From: an uncultured Gemmatimonadales bacterium
GTDB taxonomy: Bacteria > Gemmatimonadota > Gemmatimonadetes > Gemmatimonadales > Gemmatimonadaceae
Assembly: GCA_963850905.1 (NCBI GenBank)
Contig: CAWKMU010000003.1
Location: 1,856,001-1,920,000, forward strand
Length of the DNA stretch: 64,000 nucleotides
Direction of reading: 5' to 3'
The position numbers and the translations under genes were made by a program. The notes under the pieces were generated by a model. The model made no database searches. It was given only the letters and a program-made list of their open reading frames with translations, and was not told the origin of the DNA. Of this stretch, positions 37,325 to 46,165 are shown piece by piece. Positions within the stretch are counted from its first letter, which is position 1. Each line of letters opens with the position of its first letter.

Positions 37325-37458
37325 TTTATCACGAATTTGTTATCCACAAAATTATCAACAATGCTTCAGGTCGTCAAGGAGATTCTGCAGTGTAAGTGAT
37401 ATTTACGCTATAACTTGCCGTTCGTCTACCTATGCTGTACTGGTCGGGTTAATCAACA
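37325..37458. promoter_or_regulatory. AT-rich island with DnaA boxes (candidate oriC or DnaA-regulated promoter region)
   Basis: Perfect TTATCCACA 37340-37348, TTATCAACA 37352-37360, TAATCAACA 37450-37458; inverted repeat GTAAGT-N15-ACTTGC 37392-37418. Confidence 0.65.
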
Positions 37459-37553
37459 CCCAGCGAGCAGGACCGTAGGGGCCGGCCGTGGCTGGTCGGC
37501 AGGGGCCCGACTCGGTTGCTCGGCGCGGACGGCGCCGGTACATTGCCCCCGCG

Positions 37554-37853
37554 ATGGCGGACCAAGATAGTGGCAAGGGCCAGCGGCCACAGGCGCCGCG
37601 GCCGGGGTCCCGACCGCTCGGTCTAGGCATGGCTGCCGCCGGCGGCATCGAGTTCACGGTCACAATCGTGGCGGGTCTCTTCGTCGGGCATTGGCTCGAC
37701 CGGCGAATCGGGACCGGACCGTGGCTGCTCATTCTCGGGGTCTTCGTGGGTGCGGCGGCAGGATTTTACAATCTGTATCGAGCCCTTACGACGGCTCAGC
37801 GTGCGCAGCGGTCACGGAATCGTGATGACGGCCCCGCAGCGAGCGATCGCTAA
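37554..37853 (+). CDS. AtpZ/AtpI family (ATPase gene 1) protein
   Basis: GIEF..TIVAGLFVGHWLDRRIGTGPWLLILGVFVGAAAGFYNLYR; first gene of the atp cluster. Confidence 0.9.
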   Translation: MADQDSGKGQRPQAPRPGSRPLGLGMAAAGGIEFTVTIVAGLFVGHWLDRRIGTGPWLLILGVFVGAAAGFYNLYRALTTAQRAQRSRNRDDGPAASDR

Positions 37854-38240
37854 ATGCACGCATCGACGGTCCGCCCGGCGCGCCCACGGTCGCTCATCGC
37901 CTTCGCCGGCGCGGCTGCTGCGCTGATTGGCGTTGCGGCCGCTGTCCTCGTGCTCGTGCTCAACAGCCCCACCAGCACCCGCGCGCTCGTGACGAGCGCT
38001 CTGGCCGCCTGGGTGGTCCAGGTGATTGCGTTCGCCGTGGCGCGTTGGGCCGTCCCAAGGCCGACGCGTCCCATCATGGCAGCGTGGGGCGTGGGCATGA
38101 TTCTGCGCTTCGGTGCTGTGGTGGCCTACGCACCGGTCGCGGTGCGCGCGCTCGAGCTGCCTCCAGTCCCCGCACTGCTCAGTTTCGTGATATTTTTGTT
38201 CGTGTCGACATTGCTTGAACCATTCTTCCTGCGTTCATGA
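37854..38240 (+). CDS. atpI: ATP synthase protein I-like four-TM membrane protein
   Basis: Four TM segments with G..LRF motif; located immediately before atpB. Confidence 0.7.
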   Translation: MHASTVRPARPRSLIAFAGAAAALIGVAAAVLVLVLNSPTSTRALVTSALAAWVVQVIAFAVARWAVPRPTRPIMAAWGVGMILRFGAVVAYAPVAVRALELPPVPALLSFVIFLFVSTLLEPFFLRS

Positions 38241-39244
38241 TCAGATCTGCGATTCACGCTGTGCTCCGCGGTGCATCGCGCCGCGTTTCTTGGGCACTGA
38301 CGCCGTCGTTCGTGGTAGTGGCGCTCCTCGCGTCCGCCGCGCCTGCCGCTGCGCAGGGCTATCCGACGTGCTGGGGCAGCCCCGCGCCCGCGTCGGAAGC
38401 CCCCGCCGGTGACATCATTCTCCCCCACATCACCGACTCGCACGAGCTCGATCTGCCGTACTGGCGATCCCCATTCGTGTGCACGAAGGCGCTGCCGCGC
38501 TGGGCGCCTATCCGCGTCGGACCGCTCACGATCGACATGTCGCCGACGAAGCATGTGGTCTGGCTGGGGATTGCCGCGTTCCTCTGCATGGTCACGCTGC
38601 TGTCGGCCGCCCGATATCATCGCTCCCACCTGAAGACGGAGGCAGCACCACGCGGCTTTGCGGCCGGCGTGGAAGCGATGGTGCTGTATCTGCGACAGAC
38701 CGTCGTGCTCCCCAACGTCGGGCCGAACGCCGACGCGTATACGCCATACATCCTGAGCGTCTTCTTTTTCATTCTGTTTGCGAACCTGGTGGGCTTGATC
38801 CCTTATGGATCGACCGCCACCGGCAATGTCTCTGTGACTGCGACGATGGCGATCATCTCGTTCGTTGTCATTGAGATTTCCGGCATGCGCTCGCTGGGCG
38901 CGGAGTATTGGAAAACCATCGTCTACTGGAACACCGACCTGTCGATGCCGGTGCGCATTTTGATGGCGCTCATCCTGACGCCGATCGAGATCGTCTCGAA
39001 GTTGACGAAGCCATTCGCGCTGACGATTCGCCTATTCGCCAACATGACGGCTGGGCATGTGGTCATGCTCGCGTTCATCAGCTTGATCTTCACGTTCCGG
39101 AGCTACTTCGTCGCCATCGTGCCGGTCGGTATGGGCGTCGCCGATTCGTTGTTGGAGATCTTTGTCGCGTTCCTGCAGGCGTTCATTTTCGCGCTGCTTA
39201 CGGCCGTGTTCATCGGCCAGATCCGGCAGTCGGCGCACCATTGA
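38237..39244 (+). CDS. atpB: F0F1 ATP synthase subunit a with N-terminal extension
   Basis: FFFILFANLVGLIP, TATGN, KPFALTIRLFANMTAGH (essential Arg), EIFVAFLQAFIFALLT. Confidence 0.97.
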   Translation: MIRSAIHAVLRGASRRVSWALTPSFVVVALLASAAPAAAQGYPTCWGSPAPASEAPAGDIILPHITDSHELDLPYWRSPFVCTKALPRWAPIRVGPLTIDMSPTKHVVWLGIAAFLCMVTLLSAARYHRSHLKTEAAPRGFAAGVEAMVLYLRQTVVLPNVGPNADAYTPYILSVFFFILFANLVGLIPYGSTATGNVSVTATMAIISFVVIEISGMRSLGAEYWKTIVYWNTDLSMPVRILMALILTPIEIVSKLTKPFALTIRLFANMTAGHVVMLAFISLIFTFRSYFVAIVPVGMGVADSLLEIFVAFLQAFIFALLTAVFIGQIRQSAHH

Positions 39245-39504
39245 GCCGGACGCGGTTCGGACGTGCCTTACTCGCGAGACGATCGGTCGCAGCAGGAGGC
39301 AGGGGCACGACAAGAGGTAGATGAATGAGGGGAGGCGCGCGGATCTCGCTCCACCGCGCGCGTCGGTAGCCGGTCGAGTGGCCGGTGAAGCTCGTTGGGG
39401 CCCGGGCCTCGGTGACGAGCAGCGGGGCGTCATGGCGCCGCCGCGGGGCGTAGATAGTCGGACGGGACACGCCGGCCGACGGACATGTACTGGAGATTCG
39501 GACA

Positions 39505-39765
39505 ATGATCGTTGAATTACTGCAGGGCGCCTCGGACGTAGCGCGCTCAGGTGGTCTGAGCGGAGCTGGCATCGGGGCCGGCCTCGCGGCCATTGGATCG
39601 GGCATCGGGATCGGATTGATTGGTGGTCGCGCCACCGAGGCGATGGCTCGCCAGCCGGAAATGGCCCAACAGGTGCAGACCGGGGCGTTGATTCTCGCGG
39701 CGCTCGTCGAGGGAGTCGCGCTGTTCGCCGTCGTGATCGCGTTCCTGATTCAGCTCAAGTACTAA
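39505..39765 (+). CDS. atpE: F0F1 ATP synthase subunit c
   Basis: GxGxGxG helix, ARQPE loop, ALVEGVALFA (carboxylate Glu); RBS GGAG. Confidence 0.97.
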   Translation: MIVELLQGASDVARSGGLSGAGIGAGLAAIGSGIGIGLIGGRATEAMARQPEMAQQVQTGALILAALVEGVALFAVVIAFLIQLKY

Positions 39766-39880
39766 CCACGCTCGTGACTCGATGACTGTGGCCGCGGCCC
39801 GGAGCTCGCCCGGACGGGCTCCGGGTCGTGGCGACCGGGAGAGATACATGCAACACGTTGTAGGTCGATGTATTCACATC

Positions 39881-40468
39881 ATGCGATTCGGACCACGTCT
39901 CGCGCTCGCACTCGCAGTCGCGGGGGCGCCACTGGGTGCCCAGGAGGAAGCGGCCCGTCCCACGGGTAACATCCTAACGCCCAACGGCGGCCTGATGGTC
40001 TGGACGCTGCTCATCTTCCTCATTTTGATGTTCGTGCTGTCGAAGTTCGCCTTCCGACCGATCACGGCGGCGGTGGCAGCACGCGAGAAGTCACTCGAGG
40101 AGGCGATCGAGCAAGCCAAACGGGATCGCACCGAAGCTGCCGGCCTCTTGGATCAGCAGCGGAAGTTGCTCGAAAGCGCGCATTCCGATGCCCAGCGCCT
40201 CATCGGCGAAGCGCGCGGAGCAGGCGACCGAGTGCGCCAACAGCTGCTCGAGCAGGCGCACGCCCAGCAGCAGGAGATGCTCGAGCGGGCACGCAAGGAG
40301 ATCGACGACGAGCGACTCCGCGCGATCGCGGACCTGCGGCGTGAAGCCGTCGATCTCGCGATCCTCGGTGCCGGGAAGGTCATCGAGAAGAATCTCGACG
40401 ACCAGACGAACCGGAAGCTGGTGGAGCAGTTCCTCGCAACGCTCACACCGCCCAAGGCCACTCGCTGA
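39881..40468 (+). CDS. atpF: F0F1 ATP synthase subunit b
   Basis: GLMVWTLLIFLILMFVLSKFAFRPI...RE followed by coiled coil. Start ATG 39848 or 39881. Confidence 0.95.
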   Translation: MRFGPRLALALAVAGAPLGAQEEAARPTGNILTPNGGLMVWTLLIFLILMFVLSKFAFRPITAAVAAREKSLEEAIEQAKRDRTEAAGLLDQQRKLLESAHSDAQRLIGEARGAGDRVRQQLLEQAHAQQQEMLERARKEIDDERLRAIADLRREAVDLAILGAGKVIEKNLDDQTNRKLVEQFLATLTPPKATR

Positions 40469-41016
40469 TGCGCGATTCGACCATCGCGGGGACCTACGCC
40501 GACGTCCTCCTCGAGCTCGCGCAGCGGGCCGAGGACCCGCAAGGGTGGGGGAAGATGTTTGGGGACGTGGCCGCGGCCGTCGAGAACGACGTGCAACTCC
40601 GACATTTCCTCGAGTCTCCGCGGATCGCCGATACCGGTAAAATCGAAATCCTGCACCGCGCCTTCGCCAACATCCTGCCGGCGCCTCTGGTGCGATTCCT
40701 GGAAACGCTCGTGCGCCATCGGCGGCAGATGCTCCTGACGCCGATCGCCATCGAATACAACGAGCGGCTCGACGTCCTGGAGGGGCGTGTGCGCGCCAAT
40801 GTCACGGTTGCTCGTACGCTGAGTGAAAAGGAGCGCGCGGCGCTGGCGGCGCAGCTGACGCGCACTGTTGGCGAAGGCCGATCCGTGGTGCCGGTCGTGC
40901 GTGTATATCCCCCGATTCTGGGGGGAGTCATCGTTCGCGTTGGCGACCGGGTGGTCGATGGATCGGTGCGCACGCGGCTCGCACGCCTGCGACATCTGCT
41001 CGCGACGGCCCGATGA
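40468..41016 (+). CDS. atpH: F0F1 ATP synthase subunit delta
   Basis: IA..YA..LLELA, FLESP, ILGGVIVRVGDRVVDGSVRTRL. Confidence 0.95.
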   Translation: MRDSTIAGTYADVLLELAQRAEDPQGWGKMFGDVAAAVENDVQLRHFLESPRIADTGKIEILHRAFANILPAPLVRFLETLVRHRRQMLLTPIAIEYNERLDVLEGRVRANVTVARTLSEKERAALAAQLTRTVGEGRSVVPVVRVYPPILGGVIVRVGDRVVDGSVRTRLARLRHLLATAR

Positions 41017-41041
41017 TTGCTCCGACGCGCCGCGACGACGC

Positions 41042-41434
41042 ATGACGGCCGCTAGTGGAAGCGGGCCCGTCCGCGTGACGGTGGTGCCCAAGCCCTGGGG
41101 TCACGAGACCATTTGGGCGCACACGGACCGATATGTCGGCAAAGTGCTGCACATCAAGGCGGGACATGCCCTCTCCGTACAGTACCACGACCGCAAGGAC
41201 GAGACGATCCACCTGCTGTCGGGCGAGATGATCTATCGCGTGAGTGCGCGCCCCGAGGAGCCCTTGCGCGACGTTCGGCTGCGCGCGGGCGAGTCGTATC
41301 GCAACACGCCGGGGCACATCCATCAAATGGAGGCCGTCACCGACTGCGACGTGCTGGAGGCCTCGACGCCGCACCTCGATGACGTGGTGCGACTGAGCGA
41401 TCGCTACGGCCGAGCCGGCACGAGCGCCCCGTGA
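41042..41434 (+). CDS. Cupin-domain protein (mannose-6-phosphate isomerase type II C-terminal-like)
   Basis: VPKPWG.E, LSVQYH..KDET, EASTPHLDDVVRLSDRYGR. Confidence 0.88.
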   Translation: MTAASGSGPVRVTVVPKPWGHETIWAHTDRYVGKVLHIKAGHALSVQYHDRKDETIHLLSGEMIYRVSARPEEPLRDVRLRAGESYRNTPGHIHQMEAVTDCDVLEASTPHLDDVVRLSDRYGRAGTSAP

Positions 41435-42420
41435 AGGTCATCATCCCGCTGGCCGGCAAGGGCACGCGGCTCAGGCCACACACCCACGTCGTGCCGAAGC
41501 CGATGATGCGCGTCGCGGGACAGCCCGTGATGTCGTACATCCTCGACGATCTCAGAAAGCTCAGTGACATCGAGGAGGTCATTTACATCACGGGCCACCT
41601 CAAAGAAAAGGTGGAAGAGTACGCCCGACGCACCCTCAATGTGCGCGCCGTGTTCATCGAGCAGGAGGTGCAGGACGGCACCGCGGGTGCGGTCGCGCTG
41701 GCGCGACCCTATGTCGACCAACCGATCCTCATCATCTTCGTGGACACGATCTTCGATGCTGACCTGTCGGTCATAGACCGCACCGACGCCGACGGCATCA
41801 TCTGGACCAAGGAGGTCGAAGACTATCAGCGCTTCGGCGTCGTTGAGACGGACGCCACGGGCTTCATGACCCGCATTGTGGAGAAGCCGAAGACGTCCGT
41901 CTCCAGGAAGGTGAACATCGGCCTCCAGTTCATTCGCGATTGGCGACTGCTCTACGAAGGCATCGATCACGTCCTCGCCCAGCCGCCCAACAAGGGGGAG
42001 TACTACCTCACCGACGCGCTGCAGTACATGGTCGATCATGGCGCGCGGATCAAGGCCGTCGAGGTTCGGGGATGGTTCGACGCGGGAAAGCTGGACACGC
42101 TGCTCGAGACGAATCGTGAGATGTTGCTGCGTGGCCGGGCCCGGCGTCCCCCGGCGTTGCCGGGGACCACGATCGTCGACCCGGTCTACATCGAGGACGG
42201 CGTCGCGATCCGCGACGCCCGCATCGGCCCCAACGTCTCGATCGGGACGGGCAGCGTCATCGAGGACTCGGAGCTTCGCGATACCATCGTCGGCCACCAG
42301 TCCCAAATCCGACGCTGCACCCTCCGCTCGTCCCTCATCGGCGACAACGTGCTGCTGGAGGGCGTACGCGGCGAAGTGACGATTGGGGATCACTCCGAGG
42401 TGCGAGAGACCAGGGGCTAG
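41431..42420 (+). CDS. Sugar-phosphate nucleotidyltransferase (glucose-1-phosphate thymidylyltransferase-like, long form)
   Basis: IPLAGKGTRLRPHT...PKP, EKP, GEYYLTDA, W.D.G, C-terminal left-handed beta-helix repeats. Confidence 0.92.
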   Translation: MKVIIPLAGKGTRLRPHTHVVPKPMMRVAGQPVMSYILDDLRKLSDIEEVIYITGHLKEKVEEYARRTLNVRAVFIEQEVQDGTAGAVALARPYVDQPILIIFVDTIFDADLSVIDRTDADGIIWTKEVEDYQRFGVVETDATGFMTRIVEKPKTSVSRKVNIGLQFIRDWRLLYEGIDHVLAQPPNKGEYYLTDALQYMVDHGARIKAVEVRGWFDAGKLDTLLETNREMLLRGRARRPPALPGTTIVDPVYIEDGVAIRDARIGPNVSIGTGSVIEDSELRDTIVGHQSQIRRCTLRSSLIGDNVLLEGVRGEVTIGDHSEVRETRG

Positions 42421-42543
42421 GGCGGGTTCGGGGTTTCGGGTCTGGGGCCTGGGGTAATGACTCCAACGCAGAGGGCCAGTCGCGGTGCACGCTGACTGGC
42501 CCGAGTTGTAATGGTTACCCTAGACCCCAAACCCCAGACCCGC
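42421..42543. repeat. GGGTYTG heptamer / GTGCAC-loop hairpin / inverted heptamer element
   Basis: GGGTTCG GGGTTTC GGGTCTG GGGCCTG arm, stem GGGCCAGTC/GACTGGCCC (42473-42502), and inverted arm TAGACCC CAAACCC CAGACCC; lies between convergent genes. Confidence 0.85.
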
Positions 42544-42547
42544 TCTT

Positions 42548-43768
42548 TTACCTCCCCGCCAACCCTGCCGCAGTCACCACAACCGTTAACGCCCGCGCCA
42601 AGCCGATCGTCCCGTCCGTATTGTCGTACCACTCGCCCACGGTGTGGGTGTCGCCGCCGCGCCCACCAGCTCCCAGCGCGACCGATGGGATGCCGAGGCT
42701 GATGGGAACGTTCGCGTCCGTCGATGCCGTCGCGAGGTCCGGCTCGCGCCCGACCAACCGGGTCGCATCGAGGGCGGCGACGACCAACGGGTCGTCCGCG
42801 GGGATCTCACCGCCGGGCCGATCGCCGATGATGTCGATCGCGACCGAGAGGGGGCGTGTGCCGGCGGCCCGACGCGCATTTTCCGATCCTTCTGCGCTCG
42901 AGACCGCAGCGCGTACCTCCGTGTCGACTCGGTCGAGAACCGCAGCGGAAGCGGATCGCAGGTCGAGCTCGAACCACCCGTCCTCGGGGATGGCGTTGAC
43001 GGAAATGCCGCCGCCGATGCGGCCCACGCCAAGTGTCGTGCGCGGGTCGGCCGGAACGGCGATCGCTCGGATCGTCGCGACGGCCGCCGCGGCCGCATGG
43101 ACGGGATTGGCGACACCGTAGGCCGCCCAGCTGTGGCCACCCGCGCCGCGAAATGTCACCCGATAACGGCGTGAGCGCAGGCCGCGGTGGACGACGCGCT
43201 CATCGCCGGCGCCATCGAGAGCCACGACGGCCGCGCTGCGGCGTGCCGCATCGCCGAAGAACGCGCGTGCGCCGCGCAAGTCGCCCAGCCCTTCCTCTCC
43301 CGTCGTTGCCACAAAATCGATCGGCGCGTCGGTGCGCAGGCGCGAGCCGTCGATGTGTTCGGCCAACGCGAGCATGGCCGCGAGGCCGCGGCCATTGTCA
43401 CTGATTCCCGGGCCCGTCAGCCGCGGCCCGTCCGACCGGACGTGAAGTGCCGTCCCCCGCGGGAATACCGTGTCGAGGTGCGCGCACACGACGACCGCCG
43501 GCCGGTCGAGGGCGCCCGGCCGGCGCCCGATCACGTTACCGGCGGCATCCGTGCGGACATTCTGCAGGCCCAACGCACCAAATCGCCGAGCGATCCACGC
43601 CCCGCGCTCGCCCTCTGCCCCCGTCGGGGCGGGAATCTCGGACACCGCGATCTGGGACCGCACGATGGCGCCATCGCGAACGGCCAGTTGCTCGCGTGCG
43701 GAAGCGAGCGCGGCGTGGACTCGTGCGGCGGGTGACCGGGTAAAGGAAAGCACCTTCGTCAGATGCAC
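42548..43768 (-). CDS. M20/M25/M40 family metallopeptidase
   Basis: AHLDTVFP, GPGISDN.RG, GEEGLGDLRG, GGHSW, STDAN, HTVGEW. Confidence 0.92.
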   Translation of the reverse strand: MHLTKVLSFTRSPAARVHAALASAREQLAVRDGAIVRSQIAVSEIPAPTGAEGERGAWIARRFGALGLQNVRTDAAGNVIGRRPGALDRPAVVVCAHLDTVFPRGTALHVRSDGPRLTGPGISDNGRGLAAMLALAEHIDGSRLRTDAPIDFVATTGEEGLGDLRGARAFFGDAARRSAAVVALDGAGDERVVHRGLRSRRYRVTFRGAGGHSWAAYGVANPVHAAAAAVATIRAIAVPADPRTTLGVGRIGGGISVNAIPEDGWFELDLRSASAAVLDRVDTEVRAAVSSAEGSENARRAAGTRPLSVAIDIIGDRPGGEIPADDPLVVAALDATRLVGREPDLATASTDANVPISLGIPSVALGAGGRGGDTHTVGEWYDNTDGTIGLARALTVVVTAAGLAGR

Positions 43769-43805
43769 GGCGCGACGGCGGAAATGCAAGGGGACGGGCG
43801 CTGTC

Positions 43806-44027
43806 TCAACAGCAACGTGCGCCAGGCCGGCTGTATCGCTGCTCGAGTTGACGGCGGTAGAACTCGTCCGGCGTAAGCACCCGCTCCGCGGGATGGGCTC
43901 GGCGGGCGTGCTCGCAGTAGCGATCGTAGTTGGGCGCGCCCACGACCGCGAGGACAGAAATGCGGACCGCGCGCAGTCCGCGCACGGCCCTCGCTCGCGC
44001 CCGTTCAGGCCACTGCCGCGCGCGCAT
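43806..44027 (-). CDS. YbdD/YjiX family small protein
   Basis: G.PNYDRY.EH....HP......EF...Q...Y.....RCC; directly downstream of cstA. Confidence 0.9.
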   Translation of the reverse strand: MRARQWPERARARAVRGLRAVRISVLAVVGAPNYDRYCEHARRAHPAERVLTPDEFYRRQLEQRYSRPGARCC

Positions 44028-44029
44028 GT

Positions 44030-46111
44030 TCAGTCGGCCCCCGCGGGTGCAGCACTGCGCAGGTGAAACGGGACCTCAGTCGACCCACGGGGCGTCCTGC
44101 CACGTACCGCTCGCAGCCACTCGCGCCCGGATTCGGTCACGATCACCGCCACGGCCACCAGGAAGAAACCGGCGACCACCGCGTCGAGGCGGTCGTTGAA
44201 CGCGACACGGGCAGCGGCTGCCGCCGATGCGATACCGGGCGGCAGGTGCCCTGCGGCCAGGGAATCATCGATGAGCCGAGCGTGGGCCAGAAATCCGAGA
44301 CGGATGTCCTTGGAGAAGATCTTCAGCCAACCAGCCGTCATCGTGACCGTGATCAGCCACGCCAGCGGCAGCGCTGTCACCCACGCGTAACGGGCTTTCC
44401 CCATTTTGATGATGACGGTGGTGCCGACACAGAGCGCGACGCTCGCGAGTAACTGGTTGGCAATGCCGAACAGCGGCCACAGTGAATTGATTCCGCCCAG
44501 CGGGTCGGTGACTCCCTGGTACAGGAAGTCCCCCCACATGGCGACGAACAGCGCGCTCGAAAGAATCGCACCGGGATACCACGAGACACGCCCGAGCGGC
44601 TTCCAAACGTAGCCCAACAGATCCTGAAGCATGAAGCGTCCGACCCGGGTCCCAGCATCGAGCACGGTCAGCAGGAAGAGCGCCTCGAACATGATCGCGA
44701 AATGGTACCACAACGCCATGGCGGTCGAGCTCACGCTGCCGAGCGCTCGCGAGAAGATGAACGCCATGCCAACCGCGAGGCTGGGCGCCCCGCCGGTCCG
44801 CGACAGCAGCGATTGCTCGCCGACCAGATGCGCGAGATTGGTCAGGTCGGCCGGCGCGATCGAGAATCCCCACGCGCGGATAGCCTGTGCGGCCGACTCG
44901 GCTGTCGTGCCCAGCGCGCTCGCCGGGGCATTCATGGCGAAATAGATGCCGGGGGTCAGCGCACAGGCCGCGATGAGCGACAGCACCGCCACGAGCGACT
45001 CGGTCAACATCGCGCCGTAACCGATCAGGCGGGCGTCCGTCTCGCGCTCGAGCATCTTGGGCGTCGTCCCGGAGGCGATCAGGGCATGAAATCCGGATAT
45101 CGCGCCGCACGCGATCGTGATGAAGGCAAAGGGAAAGACCTTGCCAGCGAAGACGGGGCCGTTACCGTCGGCGAACTGCGTGAGCGCCGGCATTCTGAGC
45201 GGCGGCAACACCAGCGCGACTCCGATGGCGAGCGCCAGGACAACCCCGATCTTCACAAAAGCCGAGAGGTAGTCCCGGGGCGCCAACAGCAGCCACACGG
45301 GAAGCAGCGAGGCCGTCAGGCCGTACGCCATGAGCCACCACGCCAGGGCCGTCGAGCTCAACGTGAACGCAGCGGCCAGTGCGGGCTGCTCGGCCACCCA
45401 ACGGCCCGCGAGCAACGCGCCGATGAGGAGCACGATCCCAACCATCGTCGCCTCGAGCACCCGGTGCGGCCGGATCCAGCGGAGGTAGACGCCGAGGAAC
45501 AGCGCGATCGGAATCGTGAGCGCCAGGGTCACGGTGCCCCAGGGACTCGCGCGGAGCACATTGACGATCACGAGGGCGACCACGGCGATGAGGATCACCA
45601 TGATCCCGAACACGGCGACGATAGCTGTCAGGCCGGCCACCGGACCGACCTCGTCGCGCGCCATCTGACCGAGCGATCGTCCATCGCGCCGGACCGAGGC
45701 GGCGAGGATCACGAAATCCTGGACTGCGCCGCCCAGCACGACGCCGACCACGATCCAGATGGCACCGGGCAGAAAGCCAAATTGGGCGGCGAGCGTGGGG
45801 CCGACCAGGGGGCCGGGACCGGCGATGGCCGCAAAGTGATGTCCGAACAGGATCCACCGGTTCGTCGGGACGTAGTCGCGGCCGTCTTCGAGGCGCTCCG
45901 CCGGCGTCTGCCGATTGGCGTCCAACGCGAACACGCGCTGGGCGATGAAGCGACTGTAGAACCGGTAGGCGATGAGGTAGGAGCAGACCGCGGCGATCAG
46001 CAGCCAGGCGGCGCTCACCGTCTCACCGCGGCTCAGCGCGAGCAGCGCGCACGCTGCCGCTCCGGCTATCGCGACACCCACCCAGATCGATCGAGCGATC
46101 CATCGCGGCAT
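44030..46111 (-). CDS. cstA: Carbon starvation protein A family transporter (peptide/pyruvate)
   Basis: DGRDYVPT, FGHHFAAIAGPGPLVGP, APRDYLS, ITIACGAISGFHAL, SRTGGAP, LWPLFGIANQLLA. Confidence 0.97.
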   Translation of the reverse strand: MPRWIARSIWVGVAIAGAAACALLALSRGETVSAAWLLIAAVCSYLIAYRFYSRFIAQRVFALDANRQTPAERLEDGRDYVPTNRWILFGHHFAAIAGPGPLVGPTLAAQFGFLPGAIWIVVGVVLGGAVQDFVILAASVRRDGRSLGQMARDEVGPVAGLTAIVAVFGIMVILIAVVALVIVNVLRASPWGTVTLALTIPIALFLGVYLRWIRPHRVLEATMVGIVLLIGALLAGRWVAEQPALAAAFTLSSTALAWWLMAYGLTASLLPVWLLLAPRDYLSAFVKIGVVLALAIGVALVLPPLRMPALTQFADGNGPVFAGKVFPFAFITIACGAISGFHALIASGTTPKMLERETDARLIGYGAMLTESLVAVLSLIAACALTPGIYFAMNAPASALGTTAESAAQAIRAWGFSIAPADLTNLAHLVGEQSLLSRTGGAPSLAVGMAFIFSRALGSVSSTAMALWYHFAIMFEALFLLTVLDAGTRVGRFMLQDLLGYVWKPLGRVSWYPGAILSSALFVAMWGDFLYQGVTDPLGGINSLWPLFGIANQLLASVALCVGTTVIIKMGKARYAWVTALPLAWLITVTMTAGWLKIFSKDIRLGFLAHARLIDDSLAAGHLPPGIASAAAAARVAFNDRLDAVVAGFFLVAVAVIVTESGREWLRAVRGRTPRGSTEVPFHLRSAAPAGAD

Positions 46112-46165
46112 CGATCACGAATTTGAGTTAGTTTACGCGCCGTCGCTAGCCATCGTCTCCTGGTC

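Noticed and set aside
39321..39515. 64-aa ORF between atpB and atpE as an extra ATP synthase subunit
   Set aside because: Arg/Gly-rich with no hydrophobic segment or recognisable motif, and it overlaps the atpE start.
43790..43815. Selenocysteine read-through at the TGA after RCC in the YbdD/YjiX gene
   Set aside because: Both terminal residues are ordinary Cys codons and the family normally ends here; no convincing SECIS was seen.
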